From IMG/VR virus record IMGVR_UViG_2627854098_000001: DNA of 44,371 bases. One strand, given 5' to 3'. Positions within the stretch are counted from its first letter, which is position 1, and each line of letters opens with the position of its first letter. Source of the stretch: a virus. Lineage: Duplodnaviria; Heunggongvirae; Uroviricota; Caudoviricetes. The notes below the pieces were generated by a model. It had not been told where the DNA came from. It saw only the letters and a program-made list of their open reading frames with translations, and did not search any database. Positions 8,949-17,358 of the stretch are shown piece by piece. Position numbers and translations under genes: made by a program.

Positions 8949-9062
8949 TTGCTAACGAATCATCCTGGACTTCATATGCCCCAGGCGGCTACTTCGTGGG
9001 CGTCCTGCCTGTTTGTTGTTTCTCTTGGGTACATTATGTATCTCAAAGGCACATTGTCAAGT

Positions 9063-9087
9063 ATAAAAAAACCTGCCGAAGCAGGTT
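9063..9087 (-). terminator. rho-independent terminator downstream of cI
   Basis: Stem AACCTGC/GCAGGTT with 4-nt loop, followed on the minus strand by a 7-T run (plus-strand A run 9065-9071). Confidence 0.65.
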
Positions 9088-9099
9088 CATAAACATTGA

Positions 9100-9774
9100 T
9101 TAGGCTTTGATTTTGTATCTTCTTGGTTTTCCTGAGAAAATCACAGTACCAATTATAGAGCAATTACCGTTGATCTTAATGTAAGGCTCAGGCCAGTTTG
9201 GGTTTAACGCTTTGAGATAACGCTGTGTCCCATCTTCTATCAACCTTTTGAAGGTGGTTTCACCTGTATCGTGCATCAATGCAATAACGTCGTCACCGTG
9301 GCAGGCAGGTACTTCAGGATCGACAAAAATCATGTCTCCCGGGCGGTACTCATCAATCATTGAATCACCTATCACCCGCAAGATATAAGTCATTTCCCCA
9401 CAGGGTACAGGGCAGGGATACGTTTCTGCTGTGCTCAAATCAACCTCAGAATATCCAACTTCTTTCCATGCTCCGGCCTGTACCCATGATATGACAGGGA
9501 CTAATGTGATTTGTTTATTAGTGATTGAAACATCAGGTTTTTTTGTGATGTTCGTTGTCTGGTGTTCTTGATCGAGCCATCCGACAGGCAGGTCGAAACA
9601 TTTTTCGATGTGTCGTGCCATGCTGTCACCGATATTTTTAGTAGCACCATCTCCCATAAACCTGCTGGTCTGGGTTGGCTCGCGATCAATCATAGTGGCA
9701 AAGGAAGAATTCCCGCCAACACCATCTCTCAGTTTTCTGGCGTTAGACCGCCGGATGTCATGGATTGTTTTCAT
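9100..9774 (-). CDS. cI: CI-type prophage repressor (HTH plus S24 LexA-like peptidase domain)
   Basis: C-terminal GDSM ... KRL autocleavage motifs; N-terminal DNA-binding region; divergent from a cro-like gene across a palindromic operator region. Confidence 0.85.
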   Translation of the reverse strand: MKTIHDIRRSNARKLRDGVGGNSSFATMIDREPTQTSRFMGDGATKNIGDSMARHIEKCFDLPVGWLDQEHQTTNITKKPDVSITNKQITLVPVISWVQAGAWKEVGYSEVDLSTAETYPCPVPCGEMTYILRVIGDSMIDEYRPGDMIFVDPEVPACHGDDVIALMHDTGETTFKRLIEDGTQRYLKALNPNWPEPYIKINGNCSIIGTVIFSGKPRRYKIKA

Positions 9775-9789
9775 AACGAAATTAAAACC

Positions 9790-9859
9790 CTTGTACCGTT
9801 AAGGTACAAGTATCTTGAAGGTTCATTTCAATCATGTAATATGTACACCGGAGGTACAC
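9790..9859. promoter_or_regulatory. operator region between cI and cro
   Basis: Perfect palindrome CTTGTACC-GTTAA-GGTACAAG (9790-9810) and related TGTAC-N7-GTACA (9842-9859) sharing TGTACC/GGTACA half-sites. Confidence 0.65.
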
Positions 9860-9864
9860 ATTGT

Positions 9865-10065
9865 ATGAAAGCGTATTGGGACTCTTTAACCAAAGAACAG
9901 CAGGGCGAGTTGGCCGGAAAAGTTGGCTCAACACCTGGCTACTTACGGCTGGTTTTCAATGGCTATAAAAAAGCCAGTTTTGTGCTGGCTAAAAAACTTG
10001 AGCAATGCACGTCAGGTGCAATTACGAAATCTGACTTAAGACCGGATATCTATCCGAAAGATTAG
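9865..10065 (+). CDS. cro: Cro-like HTH regulator (YdaS-like), 66 aa
   Basis: ATG 9865 with GGAGG RBS at 9850-9854; small HTH protein divergent from cI. Confidence 0.7.
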   Translation: MKAYWDSLTKEQQGELAGKVGSTPGYLRLVFNGYKKASFVLAKKLEQCTSGAITKSDLRPDIYPKD

Positions 10066-10096
10066 CAGAACACTTTCAATTTTTAACCACAGAACG

Positions 10097-10660
10097 ATGA
10101 GGCTAATCGTGGGTAAGCATCACTGGAAAATAGAAAAACAGCCTGAGTGGTACGTGAAAGCTGTCAGAAAAACGATCGCGGCGTTGCCGGGTGGTTACGC
10201 TGAAGCGGCTGACTGGCTCGATGTAACAGAAAACGCTTTATTCAACCGCCTTCGTGCAGATGGCGATCAGATTTTCCCGCTGGGATGGGCAATGGTTTTA
10301 CAGCGTGCTGGTGGCACTCACTTCATTGCTGATGCTGTGGCGCAGTCTGCAAATGGCGTCTTTGTGTCTCTTCCTGACGTCGAGGATGTGGACAACGCCG
10401 ATATCAACCAACGCCTGCTGGAGGTCATTGAACAGATCGGCAGTTATTCAAAACAGATTCGTTCAGCAATTGAAGACGGTGTAGTGGAACCGCATGAGAA
10501 GACAGCAATTAACGATGAGCTGTACCTCTCAATTTCGAAGCTGCAGGAGCATGCAGCACTGGTCTACAAAATCTTTTGCGTTTCAGAAAGTAGTGACGCC
10601 CGCGAGTGTGCAGCTCCGGGCGCCGTGGCGTGTCGTGACTGTGGAGAAACTAACGCATGA
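10097..10660 (+). CDS. YdaT-like / CII-analogue regulatory protein (187 aa)
   Basis: Position immediately after cro-like gene; resemblance to YdaT-domain proteins (from memory). Confidence 0.45.
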   Translation: MRLIVGKHHWKIEKQPEWYVKAVRKTIAALPGGYAEAADWLDVTENALFNRLRADGDQIFPLGWAMVLQRAGGTHFIADAVAQSANGVFVSLPDVEDVDNADINQRLLEVIEQIGSYSKQIRSAIEDGVVEPHEKTAINDELYLSISKLQEHAALVYKIFCVSESSDARECAAPGAVACRDCGETNA

Positions 10661-10995
10661 ACAGTTTAACAACACACTACCGTCGCTCGCAACTGATTGC
10701 GCTTCCTGTACCGGGTGGAAAAGCGAAGGTGGAGTATTGCTATGCAGTAAATGTACCAGGTGACAGGGAAATTGTAACCCACAGCTTTGCTGAGTGGGCT
10801 GTGGGTGATTTCAACCGGCAGAAGGAGACAGTCCTTTGCGACAAGTTAACCGCTGGTTCAAAGATCACTACGGAGTGCCCGTCAGAGTCATTCGTTGGGA
10901 ACCGGAAACACAACGGGTTATCTACCTCCGCGAAGGCTATGAGCATGAATGCTTCAGTCCGCTCGAACAGTTTCGTCGTAAATTCAGGGAAATAG
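10657..10995 (+). CDS. hypothetical protein (112 aa); C-terminal half looks non-protein-like, possible frameshift
   Basis: ATGA overlap with upstream stop; serine-rich, low-complexity C-terminus while an alternative frame is more protein-like. Confidence 0.35.
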   Translation: MNSLTTHYRRSQLIALPVPGGKAKVEYCYAVNVPGDREIVTHSFAEWAVGDFNRQKETVLCDKLTAGSKITTECPSESFVGNRKHNGLSTSAKAMSMNASVRSNSFVVNSGK

Positions 10996-11018
10996 AGGTC
11001 GGTCATGAGCACTAAATT
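10836..11018 (+). CDS. small hypothetical protein, TTG start (60 codons), alternative frame
   Basis: AAGGAGA RBS at 10822-10828, TTG at 10836; translation ([58 protein letters not shown]) is protein-like; not in the ORF track. Confidence 0.4.
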
Positions 11019-11946
11019 AACCGGCTATGTATGGGATGGTTGCGCTGCGTCAGGCATGAAGTTATCCAGCGTGGCAATTATGGCCCGCCTGGCTGATTTC
11101 AGTAATGACGAAGGTGTGTGCTGGCCATCAATTGAAACCATTGCCCGCCAGATTGGCGCGGGGATGAGTACCGTCAGAACGGCTATCGCACGGCTGGAAG
11201 CAGAAGGCTGGTTAACGCGTAAGGCGCGTCGCCAGGGTAACCGCAATGCGTCGAATGTTTATCAGCTTAACGTTGCGAAGCTTCAGGCAGCGGCATTTTC
11301 TCAACTGTCAGATTCTGACCCGTCAAAATCTGACGCATCAAAATCTGCCCCGTCAAAATTTGATGCGTCGAAATCTGGCAAAAAAGCGGGTTTTCACCCG
11401 TCAGAATCTGGCGGGGATCCGTCAGTAAAATCAAAACATGATCCGTCAGATAAAAAAACTTCTCGTCCGGACGCTTCGCAACCGGACACGCAGACGGCTG
11501 AACAGGAGTTTTTAACTCGCCATCCTGATGCTGTTGTATTCAGCCCTAAAAAGCGCCAGTGGGGAACGCAGGATGATTTGACCTGCGCACAGTGGCTCTG
11601 GAAAAAAATCATCGCCCTGTACGAGCAGGCTGCCGAATGTGACGGCGAGGTGGTTCGTCCCAAAGAACCGAACTGGACAGCCTGGGCAAACGAAATTCGC
11701 CTGATGTGTGTGCAGGATGGTCGTACTCACAAACAAATCTGCGAGATGTACAGCCGCGTCAGCCGCGATCCGTTCTGGTGCCGTAACGTGCTCAGCCCGT
11801 CGAAGCTGCGGGAAAAATGGGATGAGCTTTCCCTGCGCTTATCGCCGTCCGTAAGTACGTACACCGAAAAACGCGAGGACCCGTACTTCAAAGCCAGTTA
11901 CGACAACGTGGACTACAGCCAGATCCCGGCAGGATTCAGGGGGTGA
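11005..11946 (+). CDS. replication initiation protein (lambda O-like) with internal origin iterons
   Basis: N-terminal winged-helix-like region; central SKSDASKS repeats encoded by DNA iterons; RBS GAGG before ATG. Confidence 0.65.
   Translation: MSTKLTGYVWDGCAASGMKLSSVAIMARLADFSNDEGVCWPSIETIARQIGAGMSTVRTAIARLEAEGWLTRKARRQGNRNASNVYQLNVAKLQAAAFSQLSDSDPSKSDASKSAPSKFDASKSGKKAGFHPSESGGDPSVKSKHDPSDKKTSRPDASQPDTQTAEQEFLTRHPDAVVFSPKKRQWGTQDDLTCAQWLWKKIIALYEQAAECDGEVVRPKEPNWTAWANEIRLMCVQDGRTHKQICEMYSRVSRDPFWCRNVLSPSKLREKWDELSLRLSPSVSTYTEKREDPYFKASYDNVDYSQIPAGFRG
11310..11460. repeat. iteron array (candidate replication origin) inside the initiator gene
   Basis: At least 6 copies of CCGTCA(A/G)AATCTG-like units at roughly 11-25-bp spacing, followed by an A-rich stretch (GATAAAAAAAC). 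Confidence 0.6.
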
Positions 11947-12437
11947 TCATGAGTCTGTTAAATGACGTTCAGAAATTCATTGAAGCCCATCCGGGGTGTA
12001 CTTCCGGTGACATTGCGGATGCTTTTGCAGGTTACTCACGACAGCGCGTTCTGCAGTCAGCAAGCAAGTTACGTCAGAGTGGGCGTGTGGCTCACCGTTG
12101 TGAAGGAGATACACGCAGACATTTCCCGCGCCTGACTGAGAGAGCGCAGGAACCGGAACCACAACCAGTTCGAGAAACCAGACCTGTGCGCAATTTCTAT
12201 GTCGGCACTAACGATCCACGGGTGATTTTGTGCCTGACCCGCCAGGCTGAAGAACTGGAGTCCAGGGGTTTATACCGTCGTGCTGCAACCGTGTGGATGG
12301 CGGCATTCCGTGAAAGCCACTCCCAGCCAGAACGAAACAATTTTCTGGCGCGTCGTGAGCGGTGCTTACGGAAAAGCAGCAAGCGCGCTGCATCGGGTGA
12401 AGAGTGGTATCTGTCAGGGAATTACGTGGGGGCTTAA
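11943..12437 (+). CDS. hypothetical protein with PerC-like C-terminal motif (164 aa)
   Basis: Motif GLYRRAATVWMAAF...RRERC resembles the PerC activator family (from memory). Confidence 0.4.
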   Translation: MIMSLLNDVQKFIEAHPGCTSGDIADAFAGYSRQRVLQSASKLRQSGRVAHRCEGDTRRHFPRLTERAQEPEPQPVRETRPVRNFYVGTNDPRVILCLTRQAEELESRGLYRRAATVWMAAFRESHSQPERNNFLARRERCLRKSSKRAASGEEWYLSGNYVGA

Positions 12438-13090
12438 TGAGTAATAAATATTGCCAGGCGCTGGTGGAGCTGCGGAACAAACCAGCCCATGAACTGAAGG
12501 AAGTGGGCGATCAGTGGCGCACGCCGGACAACATTTTCTGGGGAATTAACACCCTGTTTGGCCCGTTTGTTCTGGATCTGTTCACCGACGGTGGTAACGC
12601 CAAATGTGCCGCGTATTACACGGCGGAAGACAATGCGCTGGCGCATGACTGGTCAGAACGTCTTGCGGAGCTTAAAGGTGCTGCCTTTGGTAATCCCCCA
12701 TACAGCCGCGCCAGTCAGCATGAGGGGCAATACATCACCGGCATGCGTTACATCATGAAGCATGCCAGTGCCATGCGTGATAAAGGCGGGCGCTATGTTT
12801 TCCTGATCAAAGCTGCCACCAGCGAAGTGTGGTGGCCGGAAGATGCAGATCATATTGCTTTTATTCGCGGGCGTATTGGTTTTGAACTGCCTGTCTGGTT
12901 TATCCCGAAAGACGAGAAGCAGGTGCCGACAGGCGCTTTCTTCGCTGGTGCTATTGCTGTTTTTGACAAGACCTGGAAGGGACCGGCAATCAGCTACATC
13001 GGGCGCGATGAACTTGAGGCATGTGGTGAGGCGTTTCTGGCGCAGGTTCGCCAGCAGGCGGAAAAACTGCTCAGGGAGATGGCGGCATGA
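12437..13090 (+). CDS. phage DNA N6-adenine methyltransferase (Dam-type)
   Basis: NPPY catalytic motif (FGNPPYS); WRTPDNIFWGIN...FVLDLFTDGGNAKC pattern; ATG overlaps upstream stop (TAATGA). Confidence 0.75.
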   Translation: MSNKYCQALVELRNKPAHELKEVGDQWRTPDNIFWGINTLFGPFVLDLFTDGGNAKCAAYYTAEDNALAHDWSERLAELKGAAFGNPPYSRASQHEGQYITGMRYIMKHASAMRDKGGRYVFLIKAATSEVWWPEDADHIAFIRGRIGFELPVWFIPKDEKQVPTGAFFAGAIAVFDKTWKGPAISYIGRDELEACGEAFLAQVRQQAEKLLREMAA

Positions 13091-13414
13091 CGACGTTAAC
13101 TCAATGCCAGCAGCAGGTGCTGGATATGCTGATTTCTTATCAGAAAGAACGTGGCTTCCCGCCAACCAATCAGGAGGTGGCAACCATGCTGGGATACCGT
13201 TCAGTGAATGCAGCGGTGGAGCATCTTCGAGCACTGGAGAAAAAAAGGCGTCATCACGATAAAGCGTGGCGTGGCCCGGGGTATCACTCTTCATACCGCG
13301 GTGAAGGACGACGACAGCGAGGCGGTCGGGATTATCCGCTCACTGCTTGCCGGTAAGGAAAACGCCAGGCTGCGTGCAGCCCACTGGTTACATGAGAGGG
13401 GCCTGAAAGTATGA
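13087..13414 (+). pseudogene. LexA-like N-terminal HTH protein, frameshifted at an A7 run (13240-13246)
   Basis: ORFs 13087-13356 and 13208-13414 join into one LexA-DBD-like protein (...EHLRALEKKGVITIKRGVARGITL...) if the run is A6. Confidence 0.6.
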
Positions 13415-13800
13415 AGCTGATTCTGCCGTTTCCGCCCAGCGTGAACACGTACTGGCGACACCCCAACAAAGGGGCGTTTGCTGGTAAGAGCCTGATAAGC
13501 GCGGCGGGGCGCAAATTCCAGAGCGCGGCGTGTGCAGCAATAGTTGAGCAGTTACGTCGTCTGCCAAAACCAACGTCGGCACCTGCTTCAGTGGAGATCG
13601 TGTTGTTTCCTCCGGATAACCGGATCCGCGATCTGGACAACTATAACAAGGCGCTGTTTGACGCCCTGACCCACGCGGGTGTGTGGGAAGACGACAGTCA
13701 GGTGAAAAGAATGCTGGTGGAGTGGGGACCGGTTATCCCGGAAGGGAAGGTCGAGATCACTATCAGTAAGTACGAGAAAACGGCGGGTGCAGCTGCCTGA
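13411..13800 (+). CDS. rusA: RusA Holliday-junction resolvase
   Basis: Conserved RDLDNYNKALFDALTHAGVWEDDSQV core. Confidence 0.85.
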   Translation: MKLILPFPPSVNTYWRHPNKGAFAGKSLISAAGRKFQSAACAAIVEQLRRLPKPTSAPASVEIVLFPPDNRIRDLDNYNKALFDALTHAGVWEDDSQVKRMLVEWGPVIPEGKVEITISKYEKTAGAAA

Positions 13801-13819
13801 TTAAGAGGAGAAACGAAGT

Positions 13820-14617
13820 ATGAATAATCTGATGGTTATTGATGGTATTGAAGTTCGTCGTGATGCTTATGGGCGTTACAGCCTGAACGATCTGCACAGG
13901 GCTGCCGGTTCTCTGGATAAGCATAAGCCTGCATTCTGGCTCCGCAATGAGCAAACTGAACGTTTAATAAGCGAGTTGCAGATTTGCAACTCGGTCAATA
14001 TAGAGCCAGTTAACGTTATTCGTGGCGGAAATAACCAGGGGACGTATGTCTGCAAAGAACTGGTGTATGCCTATGCAATGTGGATAAGCCCGTCATTCCA
14101 TCTGAAGGTGATCCGTACTTTCGATATGGTAACCAGCACACCGGAAAAATTATCCGGGCAGGCTGCTGACAAGATGCAGGCTGGCGTGATCCTGCTGGAC
14201 TTTATGCGCCGGGAATTAAACCTGTCTAACTCATCAGTGCTTGGAGCCTGTCAGAAGCTTCAGGAGGCTGTTGGCTTACCGAATCTGGCACCGCGCTATG
14301 CCATTGATGCTCCTGCTGACGCGCCTGATGGCTCAAGTCGCCCGACACTGTCGCTGAGTGCACTGCTGAAACAGTATGGTATCCGCCTTACGGCTAATCA
14401 GGCATATCACCAGATGGCGAAGCTGGGGATCGTCGAACAGCGCGAACGATACAGCCGTACAGCGATTAACAACATCAAAAAATTCTGGTCGCTGACGGCG
14501 AAAGGCTGCATGTTCGGCAAGAACATCACCAGTCCTGCAAATCCGCGCGAGACGCAGCCGCATTTCTTCGAATCCCGATTCCCTGAGCTGTTAAAGCTGC
14601 TCGATACCGTTCATTGA
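13820..14617 (+). CDS. KilA-N domain protein (putative antirepressor)
   Basis: N-terminal KilA-N pattern (IDGIEVRRDAYGRYSLNDLHRAAG ... NQGTYVCKELVYAYAMWISP). Confidence 0.7.
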   Translation: MNNLMVIDGIEVRRDAYGRYSLNDLHRAAGSLDKHKPAFWLRNEQTERLISELQICNSVNIEPVNVIRGGNNQGTYVCKELVYAYAMWISPSFHLKVIRTFDMVTSTPEKLSGQAADKMQAGVILLDFMRRELNLSNSSVLGACQKLQEAVGLPNLAPRYAIDAPADAPDGSSRPTLSLSALLKQYGIRLTANQAYHQMAKLGIVEQRERYSRTAINNIKKFWSLTAKGCMFGKNITSPANPRETQPHFFESRFPELLKLLDTVH

Positions 14618-14618
14618 G

Positions 14619-15614
14619 GTGACCGTGAGAGCACTACTGACCCCTGAAATTGCCCCGCGTATGGGGATCGTATTGTTCAGGCCCGGTTCAGAGCTGATGC
14701 CCCTGTTTATGCAGGGGCGTGTCCTGCTGGAGCCTGAGCCGGAACGTTATTCATCTTTTGCCAGTGGTGCCGTTCCGGCGGCATCACAACCGCTGGCGGA
14801 TGATCCTGCCATTCGGGCCGTGTTCCGCAATGAGGCAGTTATTCGTCGTGCGGGGGGTGTGGAATGTCTTGAAAGCTGGTTACTTCGTGAAAAGGGCTGT
14901 CAGTGGCCTCATTCCGGATGGCACAGCGAGAACATGACCACAATGCGACACGCGCCGGGCGCAATCCGTCTGTGCTGGCACTGCGATAACCTGCTTCGCG
15001 ATCAGTTCACGGAACGGCTGGAATCAATGGCAACGGATAACTGTGCCCGCTGGGTGTTGTCTGTTGTGCGTCGGGATCTCGGTTTTGATGACAGTCACGT
15101 TGTGACAATGCCGGAACTGTGCTGGTGGCTGGTTCGTAATGATCTGGCGGATGCCTTACCGGAAAGTGCAGCCCGTAAGGCACTGAGATTACCGAAGCCT
15201 GTTGTGCCGTCTGTCACCCGGGAAAGTGACCTTGTGCCTTCGGTTCCTGCCACCAGCATCATCCAGGATAAGGCGAAAAAGGTGCTGGCGCTGAAAGTGG
15301 ATCCGGAGTCGCCGGAGTCTTTTATGTTACGCCCAAAACGTCGCCGCTGGGTTAATGAAAAGTACACGCGCTGGGTTAAGACACAGTCGTGTGCATGTTG
15401 TGGAAAGCCCGCTGATGATCCCCACCACCTGATAGGCCACGGACAGGGTGGAATGGGTACAAAAGCGCATGACCTTTTTGTGTTGCCTTTGTGCAGAAAG
15501 CATCACGACGAGCTGCATGCGGATACCGTGGCATTTGAAGAGATGTATGGCTCCCAGCTGGAGCTGATATTTCGTTTTATCGATCGTGCGCTGGCAATTG
15601 GCGTACTGGTGTAA
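14619..15614 (+). CDS. DUF968 family protein (YdfU-like) with C-terminal HNH-like motif
   Basis: C-terminal HHLIGHGQGGMGTKAHD...LPLCRKHHDELH; position upstream of Q. Confidence 0.65.
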   Translation: MTVRALLTPEIAPRMGIVLFRPGSELMPLFMQGRVLLEPEPERYSSFASGAVPAASQPLADDPAIRAVFRNEAVIRRAGGVECLESWLLREKGCQWPHSGWHSENMTTMRHAPGAIRLCWHCDNLLRDQFTERLESMATDNCARWVLSVVRRDLGFDDSHVVTMPELCWWLVRNDLADALPESAARKALRLPKPVVPSVTRESDLVPSVPATSIIQDKAKKVLALKVDPESPESFMLRPKRRRWVNEKYTRWVKTQSCACCGKPADDPHHLIGHGQGGMGTKAHDLFVLPLCRKHHDELHADTVAFEEMYGSQLELIFRFIDRALAIGVLV

Positions 15615-15627
15615 GTGGAGAACGAGC

Positions 15628-16380
15628 ATGAACCTTGAAGCCTTACCGAAATATTACTCCCCAAAATCTCCAAAATTGAGCGATGACGCATCGGCGACAG
15701 GCTCGGGTGGTTTAACAATTACGGATGTAATGGCTGCGCAGGGGATGGTGCAGTCGAAAGCACCGCTTGGGTTTGCCTTATTCCTGGCAAAAGTTGGTGT
15801 TCAGGATCCTCAGTTTGCGATTGAAGGCCTGCTCAATTACGCGATGGCACTGGATAACCCGACATTGAACAAATTGAGTGAAGAAACCCGGTTACAGATC
15901 ATCCCTTACCTTGTGAATTTTGCCTTTGCTGATTATTCCAGGTCTGCGGCAAGTAAGGCTCGCTGTGAGCATTGTACTGGTACTGGATTTCATAATGTAT
16001 TGCGCGAAGTGGTGAAACATTCCAGAAGCGGGGAATCCGTTATCAAAGAAGAGTGGGTGAAGGAACTGTGTCAGCATTGTCATGGCAAGGGAGAAGTCAG
16101 CACGGCGTGCAGAGGGTGTAAGGGTAAAGGTATTGTCCTGGATGAAAAAAGAACCCGGCTTCATGGCACGCCTGTTTATAAGACTTGTGGGCGTTGCAAT
16201 GGAAACCGGTTTAGCCGTTTACCGACTACACTGGCACGACGTCATGTCCAGAAGCTGGTTCCAGACCTGACTGATTATCAGTGGTACAAAGGATATGCAG
16301 ACGTAATTGATAAACTAGTAACAAAGTGCTGGCAGGAAGAAGCATATGCTGAAACACAATTGAGAAAGGTGACGAGATAA
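15628..16380 (+). CDS. late-gene antiterminator Q-like protein with four CxxCxGxG zinc-finger repeats
   Basis: ATG 15628 with GGAG RBS; position immediately upstream of a strong promoter, terminator and lysis cassette; family from memory. Confidence 0.65.
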   Translation: MNLEALPKYYSPKSPKLSDDASATGSGGLTITDVMAAQGMVQSKAPLGFALFLAKVGVQDPQFAIEGLLNYAMALDNPTLNKLSEETRLQIIPYLVNFAFADYSRSAASKARCEHCTGTGFHNVLREVVKHSRSGESVIKEEWVKELCQHCHGKGEVSTACRGCKGKGIVLDEKRTRLHGTPVYKTCGRCNGNRFSRLPTTLARRHVQKLVPDLTDYQWYKGYADVIDKLVTKCWQEEAYAETQLRKVTR

Positions 16381-16411
16381 GTGATTTTCGCCGAAGATAG
16401 TGACATGAAGC

Positions 16412-16440
16412 TTGCATTTTTCAAAAAATATGGATAAGAT
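16412..16440 (+). promoter_or_regulatory. late promoter (pR'-like): TTGCAT-17-TAAGAT
   Basis: -35 at 16412-16417, 17-bp spacer, -10 at 16435-16440; downstream of Q, upstream of a terminator. Confidence 0.6.
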
Positions 16441-16486
16441 TTTCTCAACGATGGGCTTTGTATGTCTGCCGTTGATAATTTTCACG

Positions 16487-16510
16487 AACCCGCTGTTGAG
16501 CGGGTTTTTA
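16487..16510 (+). terminator. rho-independent terminator (tR'-like)
   Basis: AACCCGCT-GTTG-AGCGGGTT followed by TTTAT; about 50 nt downstream of the promoter. Confidence 0.7.
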
Positions 16511-16565
16511 TTTACTTGTACTGAAACACATTATATAACCTCATATCAGTTAAAAAGGAGGTTGT

Positions 16566-16901
16566 ATGATTAATGCCGTTGAGTACAGATTACCGTTAGG
16601 AAATATCTCTCCAGAGAATCTTGACGCGTTGTCAGAACTTATCGTTAAGCATTCCGATAAATTTAATAACTATGTACTTAGTTCTATTTCTGATGATGAT
16701 ATTCGATATTCTTACGATTACTACAATTTTGAAATCACAGAGATAGATGAATATGGGTTTCACTTTATAGCACCATATAGCTATTATGAAGGATGCGTTG
16801 ACAATAACTTCTCAGGAGAGGTTGAAGGTTATGCAGAATACGAAATTATTGATAATGAATTAGTCTTCTCTCTTGAGGAACTACCTTGGGATGTAAAATA
16901 A
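16566..16901 (+). CDS. highly acidic Tyr-rich hypothetical protein (111 aa), moron
   Basis: AGGAGG RBS before ATG 16566; about 24 Asp/Glu vs 5 Lys/Arg and 12 Tyr by my count; AT-rich; own terminator. Confidence 0.6.
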   Translation: MINAVEYRLPLGNISPENLDALSELIVKHSDKFNNYVLSSISDDDIRYSYDYYNFEITEIDEYGFHFIAPYSYYEGCVDNNFSGEVEGYAEYEIIDNELVFSLEELPWDVK

Positions 16902-16912
16902 ATATCAATAAT

Positions 16913-16940
16913 AAAGGCCGTAACGAACGGCCTTTATTAT
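16913..16940 (+). terminator. hairpin terminator after the acidic moron
   Basis: AAAGGCCG-TAACGAA-CGGCCTTT followed by ATTATTAT. Confidence 0.55.
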
Positions 16941-16953
16941 TATAAAATCATCA

Positions 16954-17358
16954 ATGCCTGATGAATTAGAATGTAATTTTCGAATTAATAATAAATCAAC
17001 ATATCATTTCACGCTCCGATTTTCTGTCGGAGGCGAAACTGCGGCTATTCATATGCACGAAAAAGAGAATCTTGCCGGAGCGTTCTGGCTTGTTTTGCTG
17101 ATCATCGCAGGTTGGGGGGGGCTTGTCCGTTACCTGATTGATGTGAAGCAGAGTAAAGCAACGTGGAGCTGGATAAATGCCCTCGCTCAGATAGTTGTAT
17201 CAGGATTCACCGGTGTTATTGGTGGCCTAATCAGTATCGAAAGTGGATTCAGTATTTACATGATTCTCGCAACTGCGGGGATTAGTGGTGCGATGGGTTC
17301 GGTTGCACTGACGTACTTCTGGGAACGACTGACAGGGGTGAAAAATGCAAAATCTTAA
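16954..17358 (+). CDS. holin (start uncertain; possibly internal ATG at 17053)
   Basis: Hydrophobic helices (FWLVLLIIAGWGGLV; IVVSGFTGVIGGLI; MILATAGISGAMGSVAL); immediately upstream of and overlapping the endolysin. Confidence 0.65.
   Translation: MPDELECNFRINNKSTYHFTLRFSVGGETAAIHMHEKENLAGAFWLVLLIIAGWGGLVRYLIDVKQSKATWSWINALAQIVVSGFTGVIGGLISIESGFSIYMILATAGISGAMGSVALTYFWERLTGVKNAKS

Noticed and set aside
9562-10065. Long 167-aa ORF overlapping the operator region
   Set aside because: The N-terminal part is antisense to cI and spans the operators; the real gene is the cro-like ORF from ATG 9865 with a GGAGG RBS.
11280-11470. Short direct repeats considered as a possible CRISPR array
   Set aside because: Repeats are about 14 bp, irregularly spaced, in frame within a coding gene, with no cas genes; they behave as origin iterons.
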